64,000 bases of DNA, taken from an uncultured Candidatus Saccharibacteria bacterium. Lineage in GTDB: Bacteria; Patescibacteriota; CAZHWT01. The position numbers and the translations under genes were made by a program. The stretch spans positions 317,798-381,797 of the forward strand of contig CAZKPX010000001.1 in NCBI GenBank assembly GCA_964554805.1. Reading direction: 5' to 3'. Positions within the stretch are counted from its first letter, which is position 1, and each line of letters opens with the position of its first letter. Below, one piece after another: positions 28,581 through 38,450 of this stretch. Below the pieces are notes generated by a model. The model saw nothing but the letters and a program-made list of their open reading frames with translations. It searched no databases and was not told where the DNA came from.

Positions 28581-28679
28581 CGGGATGCCCAATTTGTTAT
28601 GATTTTGTAGACTTGCACATGTAGTATGGGGTGGTTGATGACACGGGTCCGTTTTGAGGTTGGAGTATAATCTAGAGAT

Positions 28680-29252
28680 ATGAGAAATATTATTCCAAAA
28701 GATGCTCATCTCATTCCCCCGCAGGCATCTCGTGTATTCAAAGGTATTATTTACGATACGTATCAGTGGCAGCAAAAACTCTTTGACGGGAGCGAGAAGA
28801 CGTTTGAAATGCTTCGTCGACCCGATACGGTTAAAGTTATTGCTGTGAAAGATAATAGGCTGGTGGTACTTGAACAGGAACAGCCAAATCAGGCTTCTTT
28901 TTGCGACATTCCAGGCGGCATGCATGATAATGAACATGAATCTGAGATGGATGCTGCTAAGCGCGAGTTGCTGGAAGAGACCGGACTGACCTTTGGGACT
29001 TGGCGATTGCTTGAAGTGACCCAGCCGAACTATAAGATTGAACAATTTGTTTATATATTTTTGGCAACGGATTTTGAATCTGAAACGGAGCCGCATCTTG
29101 ATGCTGGGGAGAAGATAGAGGTGAAGCTCTTAGATCTAGAAGAAGTTAAAGCTATGCTTGATAGCCCGAAGAACCGCTATTTACCTAAGGAGATACTGCG
29201 TAGAGTAGATTCTATTGATGAGCTGCTTACACTAGCACCTTACACTGCTTGA
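28680..29252 (+). CDS. NUDIX hydrolase
   Basis: Nudix box GGMHDNEHESEMDAAKRELLEETGL (G-x5-E-x7-REUxEExGU). Confidence 0.75.
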   Translation: MRNIIPKDAHLIPPQASRVFKGIIYDTYQWQQKLFDGSEKTFEMLRRPDTVKVIAVKDNRLVVLEQEQPNQASFCDIPGGMHDNEHESEMDAAKRELLEETGLTFGTWRLLEVTQPNYKIEQFVYIFLATDFESETEPHLDAGEKIEVKLLDLEEVKAMLDSPKNRYLPKEILRRVDSIDELLTLAPYTA

Positions 29253-29348
29253 GTCATTGAGACGAGTTTAAGTTATCTCAGGTAGGATACGATGCCGCCT
29301 CTTAAATGTGCTGATTGACGAGAGTGGTGAGGGGAATGATAATGAGAG

Positions 29349-30048
29349 CATGAAGCAAACTAGCGGATTCTCTGTGATTGAAGTGTTGGTGGTTGTGGCG
29401 GTGGTGGCTATGGTGGGGGTGGGGTTGTGGTGGAATTCCGGTGGGTCGGAGGGCCTGCGACAGCAGTTTGGGTCGGCGACTGATCCAGTGCCGACGCCTG
29501 ATGCTCGGGAAGGGTGGTTAAGTTATAGGTCTGAGTTGGATGGAGCAGCATTTTCTTATCCGTCAGATTGGGTGTTGAGTGGAGGAGTGATGCCCAATGA
29601 GGATTGGCCGATGGAGCAGGTTGAGTTAACTAGTCCGGGTGGGTTGAAGATTCGGTTTGCGGTGCCGCTGGATGGATTGGGTGGGGCTTGCGATGAGGCT
29701 TCGATAGATTGTTTGGTGCGGGTGCAGGGAATTGATCCTTTGCCGGAACCGGTGAATGGCAGGAAGATGCAGGTGGTGCAGTATTGGCGGACGCAGGATA
29801 ATGGGCAGACTCCAGTCTATTCGATGTATGTAGTTGATGAAAGTTATCTACCTGAGTCAGAAGAATTTTATGGATTGTATTATTCTTTATTTACGGCCAA
29901 GATGAGTAATAACTATTTTGGTGACTTAAGGCAAGGAGTGGCTTCGTTTGGTTTGAGTCAAGAGATGGAGGGGGTGGAGGTGGCAGATTTTTATAATCAA
30001 GCGGAGGTTAAGGTGGCGGAGTTGATTTTGAAGAGTTTGCGGTATTGA
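29349..30048 (+). CDS. type IV pilin / pseudopilin-like protein
   Basis: Class III signal MKQTSGFSVIEVLVVVAVVAM (G-1, F+1, E+5). Confidence 0.6.
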
Positions 30049-30116
30049 TTGTGCGATGGGCTCTGGTGCTGATTATGGAAATTATTTACAGTAGATTATT
30101 TGTTACGCTTTAAGCT

Positions 30117-30755
30117 ATGAAAATCCTATTTATTCATCGGTCGGTTGGGCGTAATCTTATGGTTGAAGGCGGTCTTCGAGATTTGCTACAAGAGCGTGGC
30201 GTAGCTTTGGATGACTATAACAATAATAACGGTATCTTGACTGCTTCGGATGGATCGATTGCTGCCAATGCAATCAAAATGCCTGGCAATAATACTAATC
30301 CTGATAACCTGGCGCAGTATTTTATGAATTGGGATGGGCTACTGGGCGATTATGAGCTAATTGTTGTGAAGTCCTGTTATCCTAACAGTCGGATTAAAGA
30401 TGATACTCAATTAAAATTAGTGCAGCAGTCGTATCAGGCTATTTTTGAAGCCTTCGCGGCTCATGAAAGATGTTTGAAGTTGCTGACTTCTCCGCCGTTG
30501 CGGCCGGGTTTTACTAATCGAGCGCAGGCTGATTTTGCAGACAGATTGAACAAATGGTTGCTGGATAGTCAGAATGAGTATGTGCAAGTGTTGGATTTTC
30601 ATGCCTTGCTGGCTGAAGAAGAAGGGCGGAATCGGGGGATGCTCTGTCGAGAGTATCGTCGATGGTTGCCTTTTGATAATCATCCGAATAGGAAAGCTAA
30701 TCAGGAGCTGGCTGTAGTGGTGGCTGAATTTGTGGCTGGTAATTTGCCAGAGTAG
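30117..30755 (+). CDS. hypothetical protein
   Basis: 212-aa ORF. Confidence 0.4.
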   Translation: MKILFIHRSVGRNLMVEGGLRDLLQERGVALDDYNNNNGILTASDGSIAANAIKMPGNNTNPDNLAQYFMNWDGLLGDYELIVVKSCYPNSRIKDDTQLKLVQQSYQAIFEAFAAHERCLKLLTSPPLRPGFTNRAQADFADRLNKWLLDSQNEYVQVLDFHALLAEEEGRNRGMLCREYRRWLPFDNHPNRKANQELAVVVAEFVAGNLPE

Positions 30756-30937
30756 TGCTAGCGTGGGTTGGATGGGTCTGTCAGCAGAATTGCTGATTAA
30801 TTTTGTCTTAACCCTGATTCAATACGTTTTGTTAGCGCTACAGTAGAGCCAGGATTGTTCTTAGTGCTATTTTTTGCGTAAGTCTCATAGGGCGGCAGCG
30901 GAATGTTGATGGGGATTTGTAGTTTTGGTGTATACTG

Positions 30938-31339
30938 TTGCAATCTTCGAGATTTCTAGTAGAGGAGATTGAGGTGGTGGGATTGTGGGATGTTGTGGTG
31001 CCGGAGTCGATTGTGATTGAGGAAGGGCAGGGGAATGAACTGCGGGAGATGATGGAGGCTTTTTATGAGGCGGTGATCACAGCTCTGGACTTGTCAGAGC
31101 GAGAAAGGCTATCATTCGCTCGGATACGGCACTCGATTCATCATTTTCTAGGTGAGGACGATGGCAAGCATTGTGCTACTGACGACTGGACAGAACTGCT
31201 AGTGGTCAATGATAGGATAGTGGCTTCGGTGATGTCGATTCGAACGCCGTTCAATTACAGCCAGATATGCTTTGCGGTGTATCAAGGGCCCGCATTGGAC
31301 AAAGTGCTGTCTCGATTCGAGGGCAGTGAGGCGGAATGA
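30938..31339 (+). CDS. hypothetical protein
   Basis: 133-aa ORF. Confidence 0.35.
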   Translation: MQSSRFLVEEIEVVGLWDVVVPESIVIEEGQGNELREMMEAFYEAVITALDLSERERLSFARIRHSIHHFLGEDDGKHCATDDWTELLVVNDRIVASVMSIRTPFNYSQICFAVYQGPALDKVLSRFEGSEAE

Positions 31340-31502
31340 GCGGTTGCAGAGGTAATGAGCCCGGAAAGAATGTATCTTTCCGGGTTGTTTTTATGGATGC
31401 GAGCTCGGTTAGTTTTAGAGAAACTCGTGTTGGTGTTGACTGGGCTTGGTGTCTGAAAAGCTGATTATTGACAATAGTGTCACCTAAACACATACTTGCA
31501 GC

Positions 31503-31844
31503 ATGAAACAGTCCCGAGGATTTTCTTTAATCGAAGTGCTGGTTTTGGTGGCTGTGGTGGCGATGATTAGTGGGGGAGTGTTTATTTGGACTCAGAGGCA
31601 AGATGCGAGAGAATCGAACAATACTTCGATTAGGCCAACGCCGACTCCTAGTTTAACTGCGGATTGGAAAACGCACGAAAATGAATTGTACTCACTTAAA
31701 TACCCCAGCGACTGGCAGGTTGAGAGTCCGACGGCGCTTCAGACAAATATAGTCGGGGAGAATGCTGTTCTGGCAATTTTGGTTAGCGAGACCGGGCGCG
31801 GATTGAATAGCCCTGATGAATCTCCGAATTTGGGGTGGCTATAG
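31503..31844 (+). CDS. type IV pilin-like protein
   Basis: MKQSRGFSLIEVLVLVAVVAMI prepilin-type N-terminus. Confidence 0.55.
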   Translation: MKQSRGFSLIEVLVLVAVVAMISGGVFIWTQRQDARESNNTSIRPTPTPSLTADWKTHENELYSLKYPSDWQVESPTALQTNIVGENAVLAILVSETGRGLNSPDESPNLGWL

Positions 31845-32161
31845 ATGGTATTCCTATTAAGGTTAAAGAACATACCTATGCCTCTGGAAGCCAAGCAGGG
31901 TTTATATTCTTTGAAGTTCGGCCTAATGGAACAAGAGTATCTTTTGAATTTGGTATTGATAAGAATACGGATTATGCAGCAGCAAAAGAGACCTTGCTCC
32001 TGATGTTGTCGACGATTACCCTTTCCAATTCGTGAAGATTTAGTTGAATAAAAGGGACTAAAAGCCGCAATTGATTGTTCGTTTTTTGGTACAATTAGAT
32101 GAATGGCGGTTGCAAGATTTTTTAGTAGGCTTGCTATACGATTTTTTAACATCTGGATTGG

Positions 32162-34093
32162 ATGCCTATGAAACGAACTAAGGTCTTTATTGCCCAAGAA
32201 GACAATTCAACATCGGATGCATTAGGCGAGTCTGTGCTGGCTAAGCTTAAGGATGGTTGCCCGGAGTGGTTGCGATCTACGAGGAACTTGAGCCTGTTGA
32301 GTATTGGCGTATTGGTATTGGTGGGGGTGGGGCTGTTTGTGGCCAGGACTCACTTGACGGTGGCGGCGGAATATTCGGAAATTGATCAGAAGGTGGATCA
32401 GCCGTTTGTGGTGGTGTTGAATCAGCGCCTGGGATCGTTGTTGGTGGATGATATCAAGATTGCTCCTGAGCTGGAGGGTCGCTGGGAGTTTCAGCGAGGG
32501 GATCTGCTGAGTGGTGATCGGATAGTCTTTGAGCCGGAAGAGTTTTTTACGGTCAATACTACTTATGTGGTTAGCTTTCCGAAAGCGACTCGAGTTTTTG
32601 GTACTGAGGCAGCGATTGATGAGCTGCGTTTTAAAACTGAGATAGCGCCGGGTTTGGCTAAGGTGGGGCTGGCATCTTTTGAAGATGGGGCGACGGTGGC
32701 AGCGGACTATGCTTTTGAGGTGGTGATGGTAGCTGAGAATAGGAATTTGCGAAAACTTGAGCTGCGGACTGAGCCTGAGCTTGTATTGAGCCAGTCGAGT
32801 GAAGACGATAAGACTTTTTTGTGGAAGCAGAAAGATTTATTGCCACAGGGACAAGAATTGAAGATTGAAGTCTATGATACTAAGAATGATGTTAACCTGG
32901 TGACTAAGCGGGTAATGGTGGCTGCGGAGCCGAAGGTTAATGAATTACCCAAGCAGGATCATATTGGTCAGACGGAAGAAGTTTTGCTGACATTCTCGGA
33001 GCCGATTGAGGCAGATTCGGCATCGTATATTTCGGTAAATACTGAAGGGCAGGGAAGTTGGAAGGATGAGACTACGTATATGTTTGTCCCGGAGGCTTTA
33101 GAAGCTGGTGGTACGTACGCATTTACCGTTAAGAGTGGTTTGCGTAGTAAGGCTGGGGGGATTTTGGTTAGTGATCACACTAAGGAGTTTGCCGCTACTG
33201 GTGCGGTTGTGGTGACGAGCAGTTCGCCTCGAGGGAATCGATTGTCACAAGCTAGTCAGGATGTGAAGTTTACGTTTGATCAGCCGGTTAAGCAAGACTC
33301 GGTTAAGAGTAGGTTTTCTGTATCTTCCGGCACAGTGGCTGGCACAAGTTGGCAGGGTAATACTTTTATCGCCACCGTTAAGGATATGGGATATCAGAAA
33401 ACTGTAACAGCTACTTTGGCTGCCGGCATAGAGAATGCTGAATTTGGTTTGCCGAGTAGGCAGGCTTTTAGTGTGAGTTTTACGACTGAGATACGGACAG
33501 TAAAGCTGAATATTCCTTTTTATAAACAGCAATTTTCGGGAAGCTGTACGGCGGCTTCGCTGCGGATGATTTTGGCGTATAAGGGAATTTATACTGATGA
33601 TATGTCGATTGTGCAGAAGATGGGTTACAATCCAAGGCCGATGGATCAAAGCAGTGATCCGCCAGTCTGGGACGATCCGCAGCTGATGTTTGTAGGGGCG
33701 GTGAACGGTTCTTTGAAAGATTTGACCGGGGCTGGAGCGGATGCCCCGCCAGTGGCTAAGGCGGCGCAGGCATATGGCGTTAGCGCTACGGCAGTGACTG
33801 GTATTTCAGTTAATTGGATAGCCCAGCAGATCCATAATGGCAAAGGAGTGGTGTTCTTTGGGGCCATGCAAGGGAATTTGGGTTATTTAAAATGGAAGAC
33901 ACCGGCCGGTAAGGAGATTGTTATGAATAAGAGCAGTCATGCACGGGTTGTGACAGGAGTGCAGGGTGAGCCGAATGCGCCGATTGGTTTTTGGGTGAGT
34001 GATCCGTTGAGTGGTAGTAGTTATTGGTCGGCCGGTGCGTTGGCTAACAATATTTTGCTCGATCCTGATCGACAGGCGGTGGTGGTGCATTAA
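32162..34093 (+). CDS. large secreted/membrane-anchored protein with a C-terminal papain-like (peptidase C39-like) domain
   Basis: N-terminal TM helix LLSIGVLVLVGVGLFVA; C-terminal FYKQQFSGSCTAASLRMILAYKG resembles the C39/BtrH-like catalytic Cys motif. Confidence 0.55.
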   Translation: MPMKRTKVFIAQEDNSTSDALGESVLAKLKDGCPEWLRSTRNLSLLSIGVLVLVGVGLFVARTHLTVAAEYSEIDQKVDQPFVVVLNQRLGSLLVDDIKIAPELEGRWEFQRGDLLSGDRIVFEPEEFFTVNTTYVVSFPKATRVFGTEAAIDELRFKTEIAPGLAKVGLASFEDGATVAADYAFEVVMVAENRNLRKLELRTEPELVLSQSSEDDKTFLWKQKDLLPQGQELKIEVYDTKNDVNLVTKRVMVAAEPKVNELPKQDHIGQTEEVLLTFSEPIEADSASYISVNTEGQGSWKDETTYMFVPEALEAGGTYAFTVKSGLRSKAGGILVSDHTKEFAATGAVVVTSSSPRGNRLSQASQDVKFTFDQPVKQDSVKSRFSVSSGTVAGTSWQGNTFIATVKDMGYQKTVTATLAAGIENAEFGLPSRQAFSVSFTTEIRTVKLNIPFYKQQFSGSCTAASLRMILAYKGIYTDDMSIVQKMGYNPRPMDQSSDPPVWDDPQLMFVGAVNGSLKDLTGAGADAPPVAKAAQAYGVSATAVTGISVNWIAQQIHNGKGVVFFGAMQGNLGYLKWKTPAGKEIVMNKSSHARVVTGVQGEPNAPIGFWVSDPLSGSSYWSAGALANNILLDPDRQAVVVH

Positions 34094-34225
34094 CCTGCTT
34101 AGCTGGCGAGTCTAGTGTAGAGAGATTCGGGAGGTAGTTCAATACAAGCGACGGGCGACGGGCGACGAGCGACGAGCCAGCTCGCACAAAGACACTAGAC
34201 AGAAGACAGAAGGCAGGGGACACGA

Positions 34226-34642
34226 GTGTGGCTTGGTATCCTGTTATGGTACGATGTTGGCATGGAATTGATGGAGTTGGTTGGTTTATTGCGGCGCAAT
34301 TGGGATGCGGAGTCGGCTTTTGATGCTGATGATTGGTCTGGGGCTAATCCGGCTCGTGGTCAGTGCGCGGTGTCTAGTCTGGTAATTCAAGAGTATATGG
34401 GCGGGGAGATAGTTCGGTTTCGGGTGGAGTTTGAGGGGATTGAAGAAAAACATTTTGTTAATTTGATTGATGGAGCGTTGATTGACTCAACGCATAGCCA
34501 GTTTCCAGCCTCAGTTATGTTGGTCAGGAGCGATCCGGATTTGAAGCAGTTTTCATCTGTGCGAGAACGGTTGTTGAGTGACGCTGATACTGAGCGTCGT
34601 TATGGGTATTTATTGGCTAAGATTCAAAATGCAAGTCAGTGA
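34226..34642 (+). CDS. hypothetical protein
   Basis: 138-aa ORF. Confidence 0.4.
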   Translation: MWLGILLWYDVGMELMELVGLLRRNWDAESAFDADDWSGANPARGQCAVSSLVIQEYMGGEIVRFRVEFEGIEEKHFVNLIDGALIDSTHSQFPASVMLVRSDPDLKQFSSVRERLLSDADTERRYGYLLAKIQNASQ

Positions 34643-35237
34643 TCTGCTGGAAACAACTGCTTTGATACAATATATTTATGACTCAACCGCAAAATATTGA
34701 ATCAATTGAAAGGGCGACCGGACGAACATGGGCTGAATGGGGCCCTGGCTGGAGGATTGAGGGGTCAAGGAGCTTAACCATACTGTGAGATAGCCCGCTT
34801 AGTGCATACCGAGCTGGAAGGCAAGCTGGAGAGCTTTGGGTGGTGAGCTCAGGGGGTGACGGTGGCTTATGAACAGTATATGGGGGGCGGAGAGTGCCTG
34901 GGCAGAGGAGTGATGGGATATTTGAGATAAGCATATCGCGGATTTTGAAGGGGGATAGGGAGGATGTATTCTCTCGATTGACCGAGCAACTGGAGCATGA
35001 ATATGAATTGGGTGAGAGTAACATTACTCCGGCGCGAACCAGCATAGCTCCAGGTAGAAGTTACTGGCGGTGTGAACTGGATAATAATACAAGGGTAGTC
35101 TGGGTTTTGGAAGAAAAAATGATCACAAATGTCTACTGGTAGTGACTCATGCCCTGCTTACTTCGAGTCAGTCCGCTGAAAGTTGGCGAGCTTTTTGGAG
35201 GAGCGATATCGATTCAATACTTTGATAGGAGGGGAAA

Positions 35238-35678
35238 ATGGAAGAATATACTTTGAATTATAAGGATGGAAGCCTGTGGGTTAAAGGATGGATGGAGAAC
35301 GGGCTGCAGCAAGGATATTGGGAATGGTTTCGCAAAGATGGGGTGAGGTTGCGATCGGGTCATTTTGAAAATGGTAAGGCGGTGGGTGAGTGGACTGCCT
35401 ATGATAAGCACGGTGAGGTATATACGGTTACGACTGCGCGTGACTTTGAGCGACGGGCGACGAGCGACAGGCGACAGGGGGAGGGGGATTTGCCGAAGGG
35501 TATTGGTGGGCCAGCTACGGCAGTCTTGAAGCTTGAAGGTTTGGTTTGGTTGAAAGACATTGCTCAGAAAACAGACAAGGAGTTGCTGAGCTTGCATGGA
35601 GTTGGGCCTAGGGCAGTGCGGATATTGAGGGAAACTATCCTGGGCAGTGCCGAGAAGGATCTTGAGACGCGGATATAG
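35238..35678 (+). CDS. MORN/YwqK-like repeat protein with a C-terminal helix-hairpin-helix
   Basis: GxWxxYxxxGxL-type repeats (GYWEWFRKDG, GEWTAYDKHG); C-terminus LHGVGPRAVRIL; contains an in-frame GCGACRAG-repeat insert. Confidence 0.45.
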   Translation: MEEYTLNYKDGSLWVKGWMENGLQQGYWEWFRKDGVRLRSGHFENGKAVGEWTAYDKHGEVYTVTTARDFERRATSDRRQGEGDLPKGIGGPATAVLKLEGLVWLKDIAQKTDKELLSLHGVGPRAVRILRETILGSAEKDLETRI

Positions 35679-35824
35679 GGTAAGAAGATATTGTGTACAA
35701 GGAGTGGGTTGCTTGGAGTCACCTCAAATCCTCCTCGCAATATATTTATATTGCTGCGGGGGATTTGAGGGCTTCGGTTCCAAGCAGTTCGTTGATGGTG
35801 GGTATCATAAAAGGAGGCGGTTAA

Positions 35825-36172
35825 ATGGGAAGTAATAAAGAAACTGTGGACTATATTGTAGAACAGGTGAGCTGGGCAGGCGACGCCTATACTAAACCGA
35901 TGTTTGGGGAGTATTGTTTGTACTTTGAGGGCAAAGTAGTAGCTTTTATTTGCGATGAGCAGCTATTTTTGAAGATTACCGAGACGGGTGGAGAGGTGAT
36001 TAGAGATAGAGCTGAGGGTGAAGCATATCCTAGCTCTAAACCTTATTGGGTAGTGAGTGCCGATGATTGGGATGATCGGGATTATATGGGAAGGTTAATC
36101 AAAGAGACAGCTCGATCGGTGGCTCTGCCTAAGAAGAAAAATATCAAAAAAAGGCTAGATAGTTCTATTTAA
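35825..36172 (+). CDS. TfoX N-terminal domain-like protein
   Basis: VDYIVEQVSWAGDAYTKPMFGEYCLYFEGKVVAFICDEQLFLK resembles the TfoX_N pattern. Confidence 0.4.
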   Translation: MGSNKETVDYIVEQVSWAGDAYTKPMFGEYCLYFEGKVVAFICDEQLFLKITETGGEVIRDRAEGEAYPSSKPYWVVSADDWDDRDYMGRLIKETARSVALPKKKNIKKRLDSSI

Positions 36173-36175
36173 GTC

Positions 36176-36212
36176 TTACTTTCGGAAAGTGTCTCGAGGG
36201 TAACTTTCGGGG
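36176..36212 (+). repeat. REP element (actttcggaaagtg palindrome plus taactttcgggg)
   Basis: Flanks the RAYT gene; second copy at 36965-37008; REPIN at 50658-50720. Confidence 0.6.
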
Positions 36213-36213
36213 T

Positions 36214-36897
36214 TTATTCAATTGTCAGATGTTTTATGAGATGCAGGTCTTTTTGATAATCTGCTTGATCTAGGGTGAATTGAACATAATCCGCAGCTCT
36301 TTTCCATGAGGACAAAACTGTTGTGGTATCTATATAAATTGAGGGCACCTTGATGGTTGAGTTGGCTTCGGTGTATTTCTCCATTGAGGACCAAGCATAG
36401 GAAAGAATTTCTGTTGGGCTTTTAACCAAGGCGCTTGTATACGGATTTAGATGTATATAGCGAGCTACATGCTGCAGTTGCTCGGGGGTTTCTATGAGGA
36501 CTGCTTTGAATTGGGTGCTAAACAGAGGGCCACCGTCTCTCTGTATTCGTTGGTTATGGTATTGAGTGTAACTTGACTGAAAATCTCTTAAAAAGTCTGA
36601 GATACCATTGCTTGACTGTTGTTGTAACAGCAAATGAAAATGATTAGGCATCAGGCAGTATGCTAGAATAGTTACCCTTGGAGAGTTTGGGGTGGGCTGC
36701 TGATAGTGTTGCCTTTGTAGATTGCTGGTTTTTAAATAATGACTAAAACTCAGTGGCTGATTGAAAGTAAAATATTCTAGGCTAGCTATGGCTCTCGCAT
36801 AGTCTCGCTTGCTATGAAATGTCGGCGCTCTATCTATGCCTCGATTATAAACGTGATAGATGTGGTTATTTACAAGGGGTAATTTTCTGCGTGGCAT
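36214..36897 (-). CDS. REP-associated tyrosine transposase (RAYT, IS200/TnpA_REP Y1 HUH family)
   Basis: HVYNRG..YCLMPNHFHLL (HUH motif) and a downstream catalytic Tyr region; flanked by REPs. Confidence 0.75.
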   Translation of the reverse strand: MPRRKLPLVNNHIYHVYNRGIDRAPTFHSKRDYARAIASLEYFTFNQPLSFSHYLKTSNLQRQHYQQPTPNSPRVTILAYCLMPNHFHLLLQQQSSNGISDFLRDFQSSYTQYHNQRIQRDGGPLFSTQFKAVLIETPEQLQHVARYIHLNPYTSALVKSPTEILSYAWSSMEKYTEANSTIKVPSIYIDTTTVLSSWKRAADYVQFTLDQADYQKDLHLIKHLTIE

Positions 36898-36964
36898 GCG
36901 CTTCTTTATATCCTATGTCTGCGTTAATGGCAATAAGCAAGCGTAATATCCTAGGAGTTGGTTA

Positions 36965-37008
36965 TAAATCACTTTCGGAAAGTGATTTGAGGTCAACTGT
37001 CGGGGGTT
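36965..37008 (+). repeat. REP element
   Basis: cactttcggaaagtg then atttgaggtcaactgtcggggg. Confidence 0.6.
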
Positions 37009-37025
37009 AGTTTTTTTGAGGGTAT

Positions 37026-37781
37026 TTGTTTATACTAGTAGATATGGATATTCACGATAAAGAACAATTGGTGATGGATAGGGAGTTGGTTAAGCAGCAG
37101 TTGGAGGCGGAGACTTCTGATCGGTTGTCGCGGATAGATGAAGAATTTGCTGATGGTTTTGCGTTGATGAATAAGTATAACAATACGGTGACGATTTTTG
37201 GATCGGCACGATTTGGGCAGGAGCATCCTTATTATCAGAAGGCGAGGGATATTTCAGCGGCTTTGTCGGATGAGGGGTATGCGGTGTTTACTGGTGGTGG
37301 GGGTGGAGTGATGGAAGGAGCTAATCGGGGCGCTTTTGAGGCTGGCGGTAAGTCGGTCGGACTTAATATTGAATTGCCGTTTGAGCAGGGTTTGAATCCA
37401 TTTACGACTGATTCTCAGTCATTCCACTACTTTTTTGCACGCAAAGTTATGCTGGCTTTTGGTTCTCAAGGCTATCTATATTTTCCTGGTGGTTATGGAA
37501 CTATGGATGAGTTGTTTGAGGTGATTACGTTGATGCAGACTAAGAAGATGCCGACAGCGCCTATTATCTTAGTCGGTAATGAATTCTGGGGCGAGTTAGA
37601 TGCTTTTATTCGTAATCAAATGCTGGAAGGTATGTACACCATCAGTTCGGGTGATGAAAACCTTTATACGGTAACTGAGGATGTTGAGTTGATTAAGGCA
37701 ATTATTAACAAACACCGAGATCGGGTGTCGGCTTTTGCAAGTGGCGATGAAACTAAAACTACTTTGGCAGAAAATCTTTAA
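37026..37781 (+). CDS. LOG-family protein (cytokinin riboside 5'-monophosphate phosphoribohydrolase / lysine decarboxylase-like)
   Basis: VTIFGSARFGQEHPYY..FTGGGGGVMEGANRGA..GGYGTMDELFE. Confidence 0.8.
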   Translation: MFILVDMDIHDKEQLVMDRELVKQQLEAETSDRLSRIDEEFADGFALMNKYNNTVTIFGSARFGQEHPYYQKARDISAALSDEGYAVFTGGGGGVMEGANRGAFEAGGKSVGLNIELPFEQGLNPFTTDSQSFHYFFARKVMLAFGSQGYLYFPGGYGTMDELFEVITLMQTKKMPTAPIILVGNEFWGELDAFIRNQMLEGMYTISSGDENLYTVTEDVELIKAIINKHRDRVSAFASGDETKTTLAENL

Positions 37782-37883
37782 CTTAGGATTCTTGGTCTCA
37801 CCCCATCATCTTAATTCCCTCTATTGATAAGGTGGAATTGATTGTTGTAGTATTATTTTAATCACTACTTTGGGGAGGTTTTT

Positions 37884-38396
37884 ATGGAAGAAGAACTACT
37901 GTACCAGACAAGCGATATGCTAAGTAGCCCAGCAACGACTATATCGACAGAAGCCGCGGCTGTTACGGCGGCTTTTTTTGGGGTGTTTGGGTTTGCGATG
38001 CTGGTGCTGACTATCATTTCGCTGATTGCGCTGTGGAAGATATTCGCTAAGGCTGGGGTAGAGGGTTGGAAGAGTATTATTCCTATCTACAATCTTTATG
38101 TGCTGCTGCAGATTGTCGGCAGGCCGGGTTGGTGGTTGTTATTGCTGTATTTTGTGCCTATCGTTAATATTGTGGTGGCCATTATCTTGTGCTTGGATCT
38201 CGCTAAATCGTTTGGCAAATCGACTACATTTGCTATCTTTGGCCTGGTACTATTTAGCTTAGTTGGTCATTTGATTTTGGCCTTCGGTAGCGCAAAGTAT
38301 ATTGGCCCTGGAGCCTTGATGGGGTCGTCGGATGGAACATCCGATGGCACTCCATTACCCGCTCCCGAAGCTGAAACAACTCCAGTTACTGCCTAG
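37884..38396 (+). CDS. membrane protein
   Basis: 170 aa, several TM helices. Confidence 0.45.
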   Translation: MEEELLYQTSDMLSSPATTISTEAAAVTAAFFGVFGFAMLVLTIISLIALWKIFAKAGVEGWKSIIPIYNLYVLLQIVGRPGWWLLLLYFVPIVNIVVAIILCLDLAKSFGKSTTFAIFGLVLFSLVGHLILAFGSAKYIGPGALMGSSDGTSDGTPLPAPEAETTPVTA

Positions 38397-38450
38397 TTAG
38401 TGGCGTCAGTTTAGTTATTAAGAAAGCCCTCAATGAGGGCTTTCTTTGGT

